Below, piece by piece: positions 1-9,056 of a stretch of DNA of 64,000 bases. Under the pieces are notes generated by a model. The model was not told the origin of the DNA. It ran no database searches and saw only the letters and a program-made list of their open reading frames with translations. The stretch's first letter is position 1, and every line of letters begins with the position of its first letter. The position numbers and the translations under genes were made by a program. The stretch is from an uncultured Bacteroidales bacterium (GTDB lineage Bacteria; Bacteroidota; Bacteroidia; Bacteroidales; JALTDM01), in NCBI GenBank assembly GCA_964421355.1, contig CAYQWX010000003.1, forward strand, positions 2,534 through 66,533, written 5' to 3'.

Positions 1-117
1 TTAAGTTCTTGCGACGATACGGTTAATTTCATTTTTTTCTATTTTTTAAAAATTTCATGAAACAAAAATACAACTTTTTCGTAAAAGAAACAGTCTAATA
101 AACAAAGTAACCTTTAA

Positions 118-984
118 ATGAAAGTACTAAATATTTTTTTTATAGTTATCTTTTTATTTTTAACTACTTTTTTTGAAAGTTGCAACAGGAATAATGAAAT
201 CTCTCCTGAAGAAAATAATTCTCTTTCCGATTATTCATCCACAATAGATTATGGTTATACAGTACATAATAATTCAGGTATATTTAACATTGCTAATTAT
301 TATGTATCATCTCAAAATACGAAAAATGATTCCGTAACTATTACTATAACACCTTCTTCTCCTGACTCTTTCCCCAAAACAATAACAATAGATTTTGGAG
401 ATAGCATAATGTGTTATGACGGAATAGCTCGCAAAGGAAAACTTATAATATACCTAACAGGGAAATGGAGACTAAGTGAAATACAACCACAAACAAGTAT
501 GAGTATAGAATTTGATGATTATTATGTGTATTATCCATCTTTGAATCAATTTGTAAAACGGGAAGGAACATTAAATATTTCTTATTTAGGAAGGGACAGT
601 ATAAACAACTATCCTATCTATGTAAGGCAATCAATAGATTCTAAACTTATTTTTGGAGATAATACATCCATATCGTGGGAAGGAGAGCATAAATGTACTT
701 GGCTGGAAGGATATAATACTCCAAATTATAATTTAGACAATGTATGGAAATTAGAGGGTGGTAACCATGGAACTAATAGACATGGAAGACATTTTACTTC
801 TATGATAGATAGTAACAATCCACTAATATTTAAAAGGGGATGTAATGGTGGTAAAATAGTGCAAGGAACTATTACTATATCTCCCGATAATTTACCTACA
901 AGAATAGTAGATTTTGGAAACGGCGAATGTGATAACACTATCACAATAATAATAAATGGCAATAGTTATACCATAACACAATAG
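118..984 (+). CDS. hypothetical secreted lipoprotein
   Basis: 288-aa ORF. The hydrophobic leader MKVLNIFFIVIFLFLTTFFESC ends in Cys. No catalytic motif recognised. Confidence 0.55.
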   Translation: MKVLNIFFIVIFLFLTTFFESCNRNNEISPEENNSLSDYSSTIDYGYTVHNNSGIFNIANYYVSSQNTKNDSVTITITPSSPDSFPKTITIDFGDSIMCYDGIARKGKLIIYLTGKWRLSEIQPQTSMSIEFDDYYVYYPSLNQFVKREGTLNISYLGRDSINNYPIYVRQSIDSKLIFGDNTSISWEGEHKCTWLEGYNTPNYNLDNVWKLEGGNHGTNRHGRHFTSMIDSNNPLIFKRGCNGGKIVQGTITISPDNLPTRIVDFGNGECDNTITIIINGNSYTITQ

Positions 985-1019
985 ATGGAAAATAATGGAT
1001 AATTTAGAAAATAAAAAAA

Positions 1020-2024
1020 ATGAAAAATAAAAAGAGATTTAGCGGAGGTATTATTATAACAACAATAATTGTTGGAGTGTTCTTTTTATTTGCTTGTTCT
1101 TCCAACCAAACACAACAATGTGATAACCTCATAGTTAAAAACGGCATATTTTATTCTCAAGAAAATGATGCCCCATATACAGGCAAATGTATAAAGAAAG
1201 CAGATGGATTTAAAAAAGAACTGAATATAAAAAACGGGAAATTGGATGGGGAGTTTATATCATGGAACCCAAAAGGAAAAATAATTGTAAAAGAAATTTA
1301 TAAAAATGGACTTAAAAATGGTTATTCCATAACATATTACGACAATGGAAACAAGTATAGCGAAACATATTATAAAAATAATAAAAAAGAAGGTGTTGAA
1401 AGAAAATGGTATATCACAAAACAATTAAAAGAAATAACACATTATAAAAATGGAAAAAAAGAAGGTCTTCACAAAGAATATCATACAAATGGGAAAATAA
1501 AAGCAGAAGAAACCTTTAAAGCCGATTTACCTCATGGCAAATGGACTACATGGTATGATAATGGTAATAAAAAAGAAGAAGGAATCTATAATATGGGGAA
1601 AAAAGAAGGAGAATGGATAGTATGGTATGAAAATGGAAAGCCAATGGAAAAAACACATTACAAAGACAATAAAAAACATGGAAAATGGGAAATTTGGTAT
1701 GAAAACGGAAACAAAAAATTAGAAGCAAACTATCAAGATGATAAATTAAATGGGAAATGGATAGTATGGTATGAAAACGGAAATAAAAAAGAAGAAGCAT
1801 CATATGTAGATGGGAAAATAGAAGGAGATTATAAAACTTTTTATGAAAATGGTTTAATAAAAAGTATTTTCTCTTATCACAATGGTTTACTAAATGGGAA
1901 AGCAATTAAATACGATACAACTGGACGTCCAAAAGAAACCCTTGTATTCAGTAATAACAAAATAATCAAAAAAATAATAGAAGATACTGTCCAAAGAAAC
2001 CAACAAGAAGTGCCTACTTTTTAA
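1020..2024 (+). CDS. MORN-variant / YwqK-like repeat lipoprotein
   Basis: Leader ends FFLFAC. About a dozen tandem ~23-aa repeats of the type NGKKEGxxxxWYENGxxK run through the protein. Confidence 0.75.
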   Translation: MKNKKRFSGGIIITTIIVGVFFLFACSSNQTQQCDNLIVKNGIFYSQENDAPYTGKCIKKADGFKKELNIKNGKLDGEFISWNPKGKIIVKEIYKNGLKNGYSITYYDNGNKYSETYYKNNKKEGVERKWYITKQLKEITHYKNGKKEGLHKEYHTNGKIKAEETFKADLPHGKWTTWYDNGNKKEEGIYNMGKKEGEWIVWYENGKPMEKTHYKDNKKHGKWEIWYENGNKKLEANYQDDKLNGKWIVWYENGNKKEEASYVDGKIEGDYKTFYENGLIKSIFSYHNGLLNGKAIKYDTTGRPKETLVFSNNKIIKKIIEDTVQRNQQEVPTF

Positions 2025-2032
2025 TTTTTATA

Positions 2033-2040
2033 TAATTTTG
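2033..2040 (+). promoter_or_regulatory. Bacteroidota -7 promoter box (TAnnTTTG)
   Basis: TAATTTTG, 17 nt upstream of the ATG at 2058. Confidence 0.4.
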
Positions 2041-2057
2041 TAATAAACATTTATTTT

Positions 2058-3152
2058 ATGAAACATTTATTTTTAGCTTTTATTTCATTTTTCTTATTAT
2101 CAAATATTTATGCACAAGAACCAGACGGCTATTATGATGATGCACAGGGATTAACAGGAAGTGAACTTAAAACTGCTTTATTTCATATCATAAGTTCTCA
2201 CACAGCAATAAGCTATGATGATATTTGGAACGCTTTCCAATCTACAGATAAAAAATCAGACGGAACAGTGTGGGATATTTACTCCAATTGCACATATCAT
2301 TTTGGAACTGATCAGTGTGGTAGTTATGGTGGAGAATGTGATTGTTACAATAGAGAACATTCATTCCCCAAAAGTTGGTTTAACGATGCATCACCAATGT
2401 ACACAGATTTGTTTCATATATACCCTTCGGACGGTTATGTAAATGGAAGAAGAAGCAATTATCCTTATGGAGAGGTAAGCAATCCAACGTACACATCTTC
2501 CAATGGTTGTAAATTAGGACCAAATACTTATGGCTCATATACGGGAACCGTATTTGAACCTGCTGATGAATATAAAGGAGATCTTGCAAGGAGTTATTTT
2601 TATATGGTAACATGCTACGAAGATAAAGTTGCAGGCTGGGAAGCCAATGCAAGTGGAGCAGATGCTATGCTTAATGGAACAACATATCCTTGTTTTGAAG
2701 ATTGGGCTTTGCAAATGCTACTTGAATGGAACAACGAAGACCCTGTAAGTCAAAAAGAAATAGATAGAAACAATGCAATATATAATATACAGGGTAACAG
2801 AAATCCATTTATAGATCATCCTGAATATGTATGTATGATATGGGTAGATACATGCAATGTTACTTCTACTTACACAATAGAAAATAATATGAAATTATCT
2901 AATTTTTATAATCCCGAAACACATCATATAATTTTTTACGTAAACTCATCACAAACACCCTTGCAAAACATAAATATAAGTGTTTACAATACTATGGGAG
3001 ATGAGATATATAATAACAATTTTGATAATACTTCCGAATATCATACATCTGGGGAAATACCTATAAACAATAATGTTTCATCACAATTATTAATAGTAAA
3101 ATATCTATTAAACGACAAAACAGTAATAACAAAAAAAATAATGGTTTATTAA
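2058..3152 (+). CDS. secreted endonuclease I-family nuclease with T9SS type-A C-terminal sorting domain
   Basis: Signal peptide present. Endonuclease-I-like motifs REHSFPKSWF and GNRNPFIDHPE. The last ~85 aa are a beta-rich tail typical of Por/T9SS CTDs. Confidence 0.7.
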   Translation: MKHLFLAFISFFLLSNIYAQEPDGYYDDAQGLTGSELKTALFHIISSHTAISYDDIWNAFQSTDKKSDGTVWDIYSNCTYHFGTDQCGSYGGECDCYNREHSFPKSWFNDASPMYTDLFHIYPSDGYVNGRRSNYPYGEVSNPTYTSSNGCKLGPNTYGSYTGTVFEPADEYKGDLARSYFYMVTCYEDKVAGWEANASGADAMLNGTTYPCFEDWALQMLLEWNNEDPVSQKEIDRNNAIYNIQGNRNPFIDHPEYVCMIWVDTCNVTSTYTIENNMKLSNFYNPETHHIIFYVNSSQTPLQNINISVYNTMGDEIYNNNFDNTSEYHTSGEIPINNNVSSQLLIVKYLLNDKTVITKKIMVY

Positions 3153-3178
3153 ATTATTATTTCACCTAAAAACTTAGA

Positions 3179-4012
3179 TTATTTGGGATTTATACTTAAT
3201 ACAGGAAGATTGGCTTTATTTACTATTTCCTTTGCCAACGAACCAAGAAAGAATTTTTGTGTTTTCACTTCCTGTTGAGTCATAATCATTATTAAATCGG
3301 CATTTACTTTGTTACAATATTCCAATATTTTATTAGCAACTTTTGAGGATGAATTACTCTCATACTCTATTTTAGCTTCGCACCTTATATTTTCAGATGA
3401 CAAACTTGAGCAAGTTTGTTCCAACTTATAAACAAGGGTATCATTTACAATATAATTTCCAGAATTAACAACCGAGATTAAATGCACTTTCGCATCAAAA
3501 AACTTTGCAAATTGTATTGCATATCTAACCTTTTGAGTTGTTTCTTTAGTTAAGTCGATTGGCAAAACAATTGTTTTATAATCTTTTACAGGCACATTAC
3601 CTTTTATAGATAATATAGGGAAATCCGCTTCTTTTATTATTCTCAACGTATTAGTTCCAACTATTTTTTTACGAATATCTGCAGAACCACTTGTTCCCAT
3701 CACCAAAAATTTAACTTTTAATTCCTTTGCTTTCTCCAATATTTTATCTACCACTTTGCCCCTTGTAATAAAATAATGGGCTTCTTTTTTTGTAATCTTT
3801 TCAGCTTCTTTCTTCAAGTCTCCAAAACGATTTTCCACTCTGCTTATAAGTTCAGATAACTCATTTTCATTCACAAAGTTAAACAAAGGATTATCTTCTA
3901 TCACATATATCATATTTATGTGTGCCTGATACATAGAAGAAATCTTATAAGCATGCCGTAAAGCATTTATAGACAATTCCGAAAAATCTACGGGAACCAG
4001 TATTGCAGCCAT
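3179..4012 (-). CDS. universal stress protein, tandem UspA domains
   Basis: 277 aa made of two Usp-like halves. Each half ends in a G-x2-G...(S/T) type segment (VMGTSGSADIRKKIVGTNT; FFLGSLAKEIVNKANLPVL). Confidence 0.75.
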   Translation of the reverse strand: MAAILVPVDFSELSINALRHAYKISSMYQAHINMIYVIEDNPLFNFVNENELSELISRVENRFGDLKKEAEKITKKEAHYFITRGKVVDKILEKAKELKVKFLVMGTSGSADIRKKIVGTNTLRIIKEADFPILSIKGNVPVKDYKTIVLPIDLTKETTQKVRYAIQFAKFFDAKVHLISVVNSGNYIVNDTLVYKLEQTCSSLSSENIRCEAKIEYESNSSSKVANKILEYCNKVNADLIMIMTQQEVKTQKFFLGSLAKEIVNKANLPVLSINPK

Positions 4013-4032
4013 AATACATTTTTTTACTTAGG

Positions 4033-4040
4033 CAAAAATA
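4033..4040 (-). promoter_or_regulatory. Bacteroidota -7 promoter box (TAnnTTTG)
   Basis: TATTTTTG on the minus strand, 20 nt upstream of the usp ATG at 4012. Confidence 0.4.
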
Positions 4041-4085
4041 GAAACAATAATCCGATAATATCATAGTTTATACAATAAAAAAACA

Positions 4086-4093
4086 TATCTTTG
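4086..4093 (+). promoter_or_regulatory. Bacteroidota -7 promoter box (TAnnTTTG)
   Basis: TATCTTTG, 17 nt upstream of the ATG at 4111. Confidence 0.4.
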
Positions 4094-4110
4094 TAAAAAA
4101 TAAGAATGTT

Positions 4111-4992
4111 ATGAGAATAGGAGATTCAGAATTAATATTAAACGATGACGGTAGCATATATCACCTACATTTAAAGCCAGAAAACATTGCAGACAAAATT
4201 ATTCTTGTAGGCGATCAAGGAAGAGTAAAAACTGTTTCTTCATTTTTTGACAGTATAGAGTTTGAAGTACAAAACAGGGAGTTTTTTACACAAACAGGAT
4301 ATTACAAAGGACAGCGCATTACCGTACTATCCACAGGCATAGGCACAGACAATATAGACATTGTAATAAATGAACTTGATGCTATTGTTAATATAGACCT
4401 AAAAAAACGAACAATAAAAGAAAAACATAAAAGTCTAACTTTTGTAAGAATTGGAACATCTGGGGGATTACAAGATTTTACTCCTGCCGGCACATATTTA
4501 CTTACAGAAAAATCTATTGGATTAGACGGTATGTTAAATTATTACAAAGATGTAACAAGAGTAAGTGATACTGATTTTGAAAAAGCTTTTATGGAACATC
4601 TGCAATGGAATCCCAGATTGACCACTCCATATATCGTAGATATTGACAACAACCTATTAAACTTACTGAGTGAAGGACAAAATGTAGTGAGAGGTGTAAC
4701 TATGGCTGCACCAGGATTTTATGGACCTCAAGGCAGAACATTAAGACTTACTCCAAGCGATCCCGAATTTAATAATAAGGTGCAACATTTTGAATACTCA
4801 GGATATAAAATTACAAATTACGAAATGGAAAGTTCTGCTCTTTATGGATTAAGCAAAATGTTGGGACACAAAGCCGCAACTATATGTTTAATTATTGCTA
4901 ACAGAGTAAATAAAACTTATTTAGACGATTACAAAACAAGAATAAAGGACTTAATTGTATATGTATTAGATAAATTGGTTTCGGACAAATAA
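4111..4992 (+). CDS. nucleoside phosphorylase, PNP/UDP family (uridine-phosphorylase-like)
   Basis: N-terminal YHLHLKPENIADKIILVGDQGR, plus STGIGTDN and RIGTSGGL motifs typical of the PNP/UDP fold. Confidence 0.7.
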   Translation: MRIGDSELILNDDGSIYHLHLKPENIADKIILVGDQGRVKTVSSFFDSIEFEVQNREFFTQTGYYKGQRITVLSTGIGTDNIDIVINELDAIVNIDLKKRTIKEKHKSLTFVRIGTSGGLQDFTPAGTYLLTEKSIGLDGMLNYYKDVTRVSDTDFEKAFMEHLQWNPRLTTPYIVDIDNNLLNLLSEGQNVVRGVTMAAPGFYGPQGRTLRLTPSDPEFNNKVQHFEYSGYKITNYEMESSALYGLSKMLGHKAATICLIIANRVNKTYLDDYKTRIKDLIVYVLDKLVSDK

Positions 4993-4995
4993 AAA

Positions 4996-5835
4996 ATGGA
5001 AAGTAACAAGTTAAAATTTTTAATACAACTTTTAGATGACCAAAACAAAGAAGTTTACACTATTGTCCGTAATGAATTATTAAGAATGGGAGAACAATCT
5101 CTCCCTAAATTAAAAGAAGAATGGCTTAAATTACCTAAAAATAACTTACTATCAGATCGTTTATATGATATAATAATAAACATCAATGTAAATACTTATA
5201 AATATAAATTTCGTGAATGGGTAGAACAAGAAGAACCCGATTTATTTTTAGGGTTATTCTATCTTAACAAAATATATCATAGTGAAATAAATTTTGACAC
5301 ATTAAAGCAACAACTAAATCAAATATTAGACAACATTGCATTAACATCCAGAAATAATTATACAATATTAGAAAAAATAAATATTATAAATCATTTTTTA
5401 TTTAAGGAGATGGACTATAAGGTGCAGACAGAAATTACCGAACATAATCATTTCTTTGATACTGCATTTTTAGGAAAATTGTTAAATCCTATTACATCGT
5501 TACTGCTTTATTATCAAATATGTAATTATTTTGGCATAAGTATAAAACCTATAATAGCAGGAAAAGCATTTTTGCTTGCAACAATAAAACCTTCTGCAAA
5601 AACAAAAGAAATAATAGAAAAAAAAGATTTATCGTTTTTCATATTACCACCAGGAAAAGGAACCATAATAAATAAAGATTTCAGAATAAAAAATAAAGAT
5701 TTGAATAATAACATATACGATATAATAAAACATTGGATATCACAGACTATACTACTACTAAAAGAGCGAGAAGAAGATATTTATTACAAAACCTACCAAT
5801 CCCTTCTTAAAAACTTAATAAACGAAAAGGCATAA
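4996..5835 (+). CDS. hypothetical protein, possibly SirB1-like transglutaminase-fold
   Basis: 279-aa ORF starting 4 nt after the upstream stop. The layout only loosely resembles the SirB1 N-terminal region. Confidence 0.4.
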   Translation: MESNKLKFLIQLLDDQNKEVYTIVRNELLRMGEQSLPKLKEEWLKLPKNNLLSDRLYDIIININVNTYKYKFREWVEQEEPDLFLGLFYLNKIYHSEINFDTLKQQLNQILDNIALTSRNNYTILEKINIINHFLFKEMDYKVQTEITEHNHFFDTAFLGKLLNPITSLLLYYQICNYFGISIKPIIAGKAFLLATIKPSAKTKEIIEKKDLSFFILPPGKGTIINKDFRIKNKDLNNNIYDIIKHWISQTILLLKEREEDIYYKTYQSLLKNLINEKA

Positions 5836-5852
5836 TAAATAAAATAAGTATC

Positions 5853-6836
5853 TTATATATTATTTTCTGCTTCTTGCAATACCTTATCTATTATTTTCTC
5901 AACAGCAATATTTTCAGCTTCTGCTTTATAATTTCTTATTATCCTATGTCGCAATACCGAGTAAGCAACAGCTTTTACATCATCAATATCAGGTGAATAT
6001 TTACCCAAAAGAGCAGCATGAACTTTGGCTCCTATTATTAAATATTGCGAAGCTCTGGGACCTGCTCCCCAAGTAATGAACTCATTTACAAAACTTATTG
6101 AAGTAGGTAAATTGGGTCTTGTATTCATTACTGTTTGCACTGCATATTTTACCACATTATCATTTACAGGCATTTTTCGTATTAAACTATGAAAGAATAA
6201 TATCTCTTCTGCCGTAAGAACTTGATTTAATTCCACTTCCCTTGAAGAAGTAGTTTGCTTAACAATCTCAACTTCTTCCTCATAAGAAGGGTAATCAACA
6301 ACTATATTAAACATAAAACGGTCTAATTGAGCTTCCGGCAATGGATATGTGCCTTCTTGTTCAATTGGATTTTGTGTGGCTAATACAAAAAACGGACGTC
6401 CAAGTTCATATCTTTTTCCTGCTGCGGTTACTGCTCTTTCTTGCATTGCTTCCAACAAAGCCGATTGAGTTTTAGGAGGTGTTCTATTTATTTCGTCTGC
6501 CAAAATGAAGTTGGCAAACACAGGTCCTTTTACAAATTTAAAATTACGCTGTGCATCAAGAATTTCCGTACCAATAATATCCGAAGGCATAAGGTCAGGA
6601 GTAAATTGTATGCGACTATATTTAAGTCCCAACAATTTTGCCATAGTAGTTACAAGTAAGGTTTTTGCCAATCCCGGTACACCAATTAATAAAGTATGAC
6701 CATCTCCCAAAATAGCGATAATCATATTTTTAATTACCTCGTCTTGTCCTACTATAACTTTTGATAATTCTTTTTTTAAAGTATTATATTTTTGACTTAA
6801 AGCATCTACAGCCTCTACATCGTTTTTATAATTCAT
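5853..6836 (-). CDS. MoxR-family AAA+ ATPase
   Basis: Walker A GVPGLAKT, Walker B ILADEINR and a MoxR-type C-terminal region. I prefer the ATG at 6836 (TAATG overlap with the upstream stop) over the TTG at 6857. Confidence 0.85.
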   Translation of the reverse strand: MNYKNDVEAVDALSQKYNTLKKELSKVIVGQDEVIKNMIIAILGDGHTLLIGVPGLAKTLLVTTMAKLLGLKYSRIQFTPDLMPSDIIGTEILDAQRNFKFVKGPVFANFILADEINRTPPKTQSALLEAMQERAVTAAGKRYELGRPFFVLATQNPIEQEGTYPLPEAQLDRFMFNIVVDYPSYEEEVEIVKQTTSSREVELNQVLTAEEILFFHSLIRKMPVNDNVVKYAVQTVMNTRPNLPTSISFVNEFITWGAGPRASQYLIIGAKVHAALLGKYSPDIDDVKAVAYSVLRHRIIRNYKAEAENIAVEKIIDKVLQEAENNI

Positions 6837-8209
6837 TATTTTTTTTCTTTTAACCAATTATAATTAAAGTTACAATCTTTGTACTTATCATCTATTCTTA
6901 TATATGTATGTTCCAATTCCTTTTTCACCCAATTATCCAAAGTTTTCTGTTTTTTGTGATTTAAACACAAATCGTGAATGAATTTATAATCATCCTTCAA
7001 ATTTGCTCTATGTGGAGGTATTTTTTTTACAAGCATTATTATTTTTAAAGACTTTTCTCCTGTTTGAGGATCTATTGTAAGAAATGGAGAAGAAATATCT
7101 CCTTGTTTCATTTTTTGTAATAAATCTCTGGTAGTTTTGTCGGCAACTTCATTTAATGTAAAACGACTTGAGCCCGTTTTAGAATTTATTGCCACTCCCC
7201 CATTATATTTTGTAGTTTTATCACTTGAAAATTTTTCTGCCGCTTGTTCAAAAGAAAGCGAGTCCTTTAATATCAAATTGCGTACACTATCCAAAAAAGT
7301 TTTTGCAATCATCAGTTGTTTATCACTTATTTCAGGTTTCAATAATATATGTTCTACCCTTATTCTATTACCATCTTTATCTTCAAGTTTTATAATATGA
7401 AAACCATATTTTGTTTCTACTATACGGGAGATGTCTCCTTTGTTTTTTAATGCAAATGCTACTTGTGCAAACTCCGGAACAAGGTCGTTTTTCCCGACCC
7501 AACCTAAATCTCCACCATTTTTAGCAGATGCCAAATCATCGGAATACAGCCTTGCCATCGCTTCAAAACTTCCACCATTTAGTATTTTTTGCCTTATATC
7601 TTCAAGTTTTTTCCTTATACGCCACTTTTCCCTCTCGTCAATTTCAGGTTTTTTTACTATTTGAGCATATTCATATTGAGTATCGAACAAAGGCAGACTA
7701 TCCTTTGGTAAATCTTTATAACATTTCTTTACTTCTTCGGGAGTAATTGTTACATCTTTAGTTATTTCATTTTGTTCTTTTTCTATGAGCATCTGATCTC
7801 TCAACAAATTTTTCATATCTGCTTTTATCTCCAATATGGTCTTTCCGAAATAGTCTTCTAATTTTTGTTGAGAGCCTATTTGTTGTATAAAATAATCTAT
7901 ACGACGGTTAAGATTTGTTTCCACCTCACTTTCAGACACATCAAGACTATCAACCTTTGCCCTATTAAGTAATAATTTTTGAAACAAAAAATCTTCCAAT
8001 ATGGTACATTTAGCTTTATGAGTATCTTTTATATCTTTTTGTCCCGAAAGTTTAAGTTGATAATATTGATTTTCTATGTCCGATTTCAAAACAATTTCAT
8101 CTCCAACTACGGCTACTACACCATCAATTACATTATCCTGTGCAAGTAAAGATAATGAACCCGAACTAAGTAAAATAAGTAATAGTATTTTATTTATTGT
8201 CTTCAACAT
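6836..8209 (-). CDS. SurA-like periplasmic chaperone / parvulin-type peptidyl-prolyl isomerase
   Basis: Signal peptide. Parvulin segment [21 protein letters not shown]...GFHIIKL, followed by a second, degenerate parvulin-like region. Confidence 0.8.
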   Translation of the reverse strand: MLKTINKILLLILLSSGSLSLLAQDNVIDGVVAVVGDEIVLKSDIENQYYQLKLSGQKDIKDTHKAKCTILEDFLFQKLLLNRAKVDSLDVSESEVETNLNRRIDYFIQQIGSQQKLEDYFGKTILEIKADMKNLLRDQMLIEKEQNEITKDVTITPEEVKKCYKDLPKDSLPLFDTQYEYAQIVKKPEIDEREKWRIRKKLEDIRQKILNGGSFEAMARLYSDDLASAKNGGDLGWVGKNDLVPEFAQVAFALKNKGDISRIVETKYGFHIIKLEDKDGNRIRVEHILLKPEISDKQLMIAKTFLDSVRNLILKDSLSFEQAAEKFSSDKTTKYNGGVAINSKTGSSRFTLNEVADKTTRDLLQKMKQGDISSPFLTIDPQTGEKSLKIIMLVKKIPPHRANLKDDYKFIHDLCLNHKKQKTLDNWVKKELEHTYIRIDDKYKDCNFNYNWLKEKK

Positions 8210-9056
8210 ACATTCTATTTATATAATTGTTTTTATCATTAATTACATCTTCAAAAGCATTGTTACTAAGCTGATAGAATAGCTTTTCTTTTCTTTTATG
8301 AATAATTATCTTTTTCAAATCTTTTTTTATTACACTAAAAGGAATGGTATCACCCGGTAATAAACAATCCGAAATATATAGAATTCCATCTTTAAGTGAA
8401 TCATAAGGTAATGTATGAATATATAAATGTCTTTTTTTCAAATCCTTAGTTCCAATATTATAAATATTGGATACTTTTTCAAAATCAATCCAATTATCTC
8501 CAAAATCGGTAAAATAAAATTTGTTTTCTTTACATAATTTTGTTATTTCATCATAGTTTTTTTCTGCATTTCTCATTAAATCTCTTAATTTATAATAAGT
8601 ATAAGCCCTTTTTGGAACTTTTATTTCTATGCCTTTGACAATAGGTGTTTTCAACAAATAGTCAAAATCGCAAGTGTTATAAAAAGAAGCCAACTCAGTA
8701 TCAGACACTACTGTATCAAGTTTTTGCTTAATATATAATTGCTTATACTTATTAACATACAAATCAGTTTTATAGTCTTCCACTAATTTTTCTATAGCCG
8801 CTTTATCCAAATCATTTAGATATTTTTCTGCTTCTTGTCTTAATTTCTGATTGATTACCCAATTCTTGATATATGATTTTATAAAATATATGCTATCTTT
8901 CCCATTTATACCATTTTCTAACAAAATTTCTTTCAATTCACGTTTTGTCAATACATTATCCCCAACTTTAGCTAATATATCCTTTTTTTGCACATTGTTG
9001 GAATTACACCCCAATAACCCCATTAAAAACAATAAAACAATAAATAAGTTTTTCAT
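8190..9056 (-). CDS. hypothetical periplasmic lipoprotein, possible SurA-N-like chaperone domain
   Basis: Leader ends LGC. It sits between two parvulin genes and overlaps both neighbours. No parvulin motif seen. Confidence 0.45.
   Translation of the reverse strand: MKNLFIVLLFLMGLLGCNSNNVQKKDILAKVGDNVLTKRELKEILLENGINGKDSIYFIKSYIKNWVINQKLRQEAEKYLNDLDKAAIEKLVEDYKTDLYVNKYKQLYIKQKLDTVVSDTELASFYNTCDFDYLLKTPIVKGIEIKVPKRAYTYYKLRDLMRNAEKNYDEITKLCKENKFYFTDFGDNWIDFEKVSNIYNIGTKDLKKRHLYIHTLPYDSLKDGILYISDCLLPGDTIPFSVIKKDLKKIIIHKRKEKLFYQLSNNAFEDVINDKNNYINRMYVEDNK

Noticed and set aside
1-32. Possible 5' end of a minus-strand gene running off the window (ATG at 32..30, MKLTVSSQEL...).
   Set aside because: Only 10 codons are visible. 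That is too short to support a call.
1020-2024. The YwqK-like (MORN-variant) repeat protein might mark a toxin-antitoxin module, because the family is sometimes labelled an antitoxin.
   Set aside because: It has a lipoprotein leader, no adjacent toxin-like gene, and neighbours that are unrelated secreted proteins. The label is a family name, not evidence of a TA system here.
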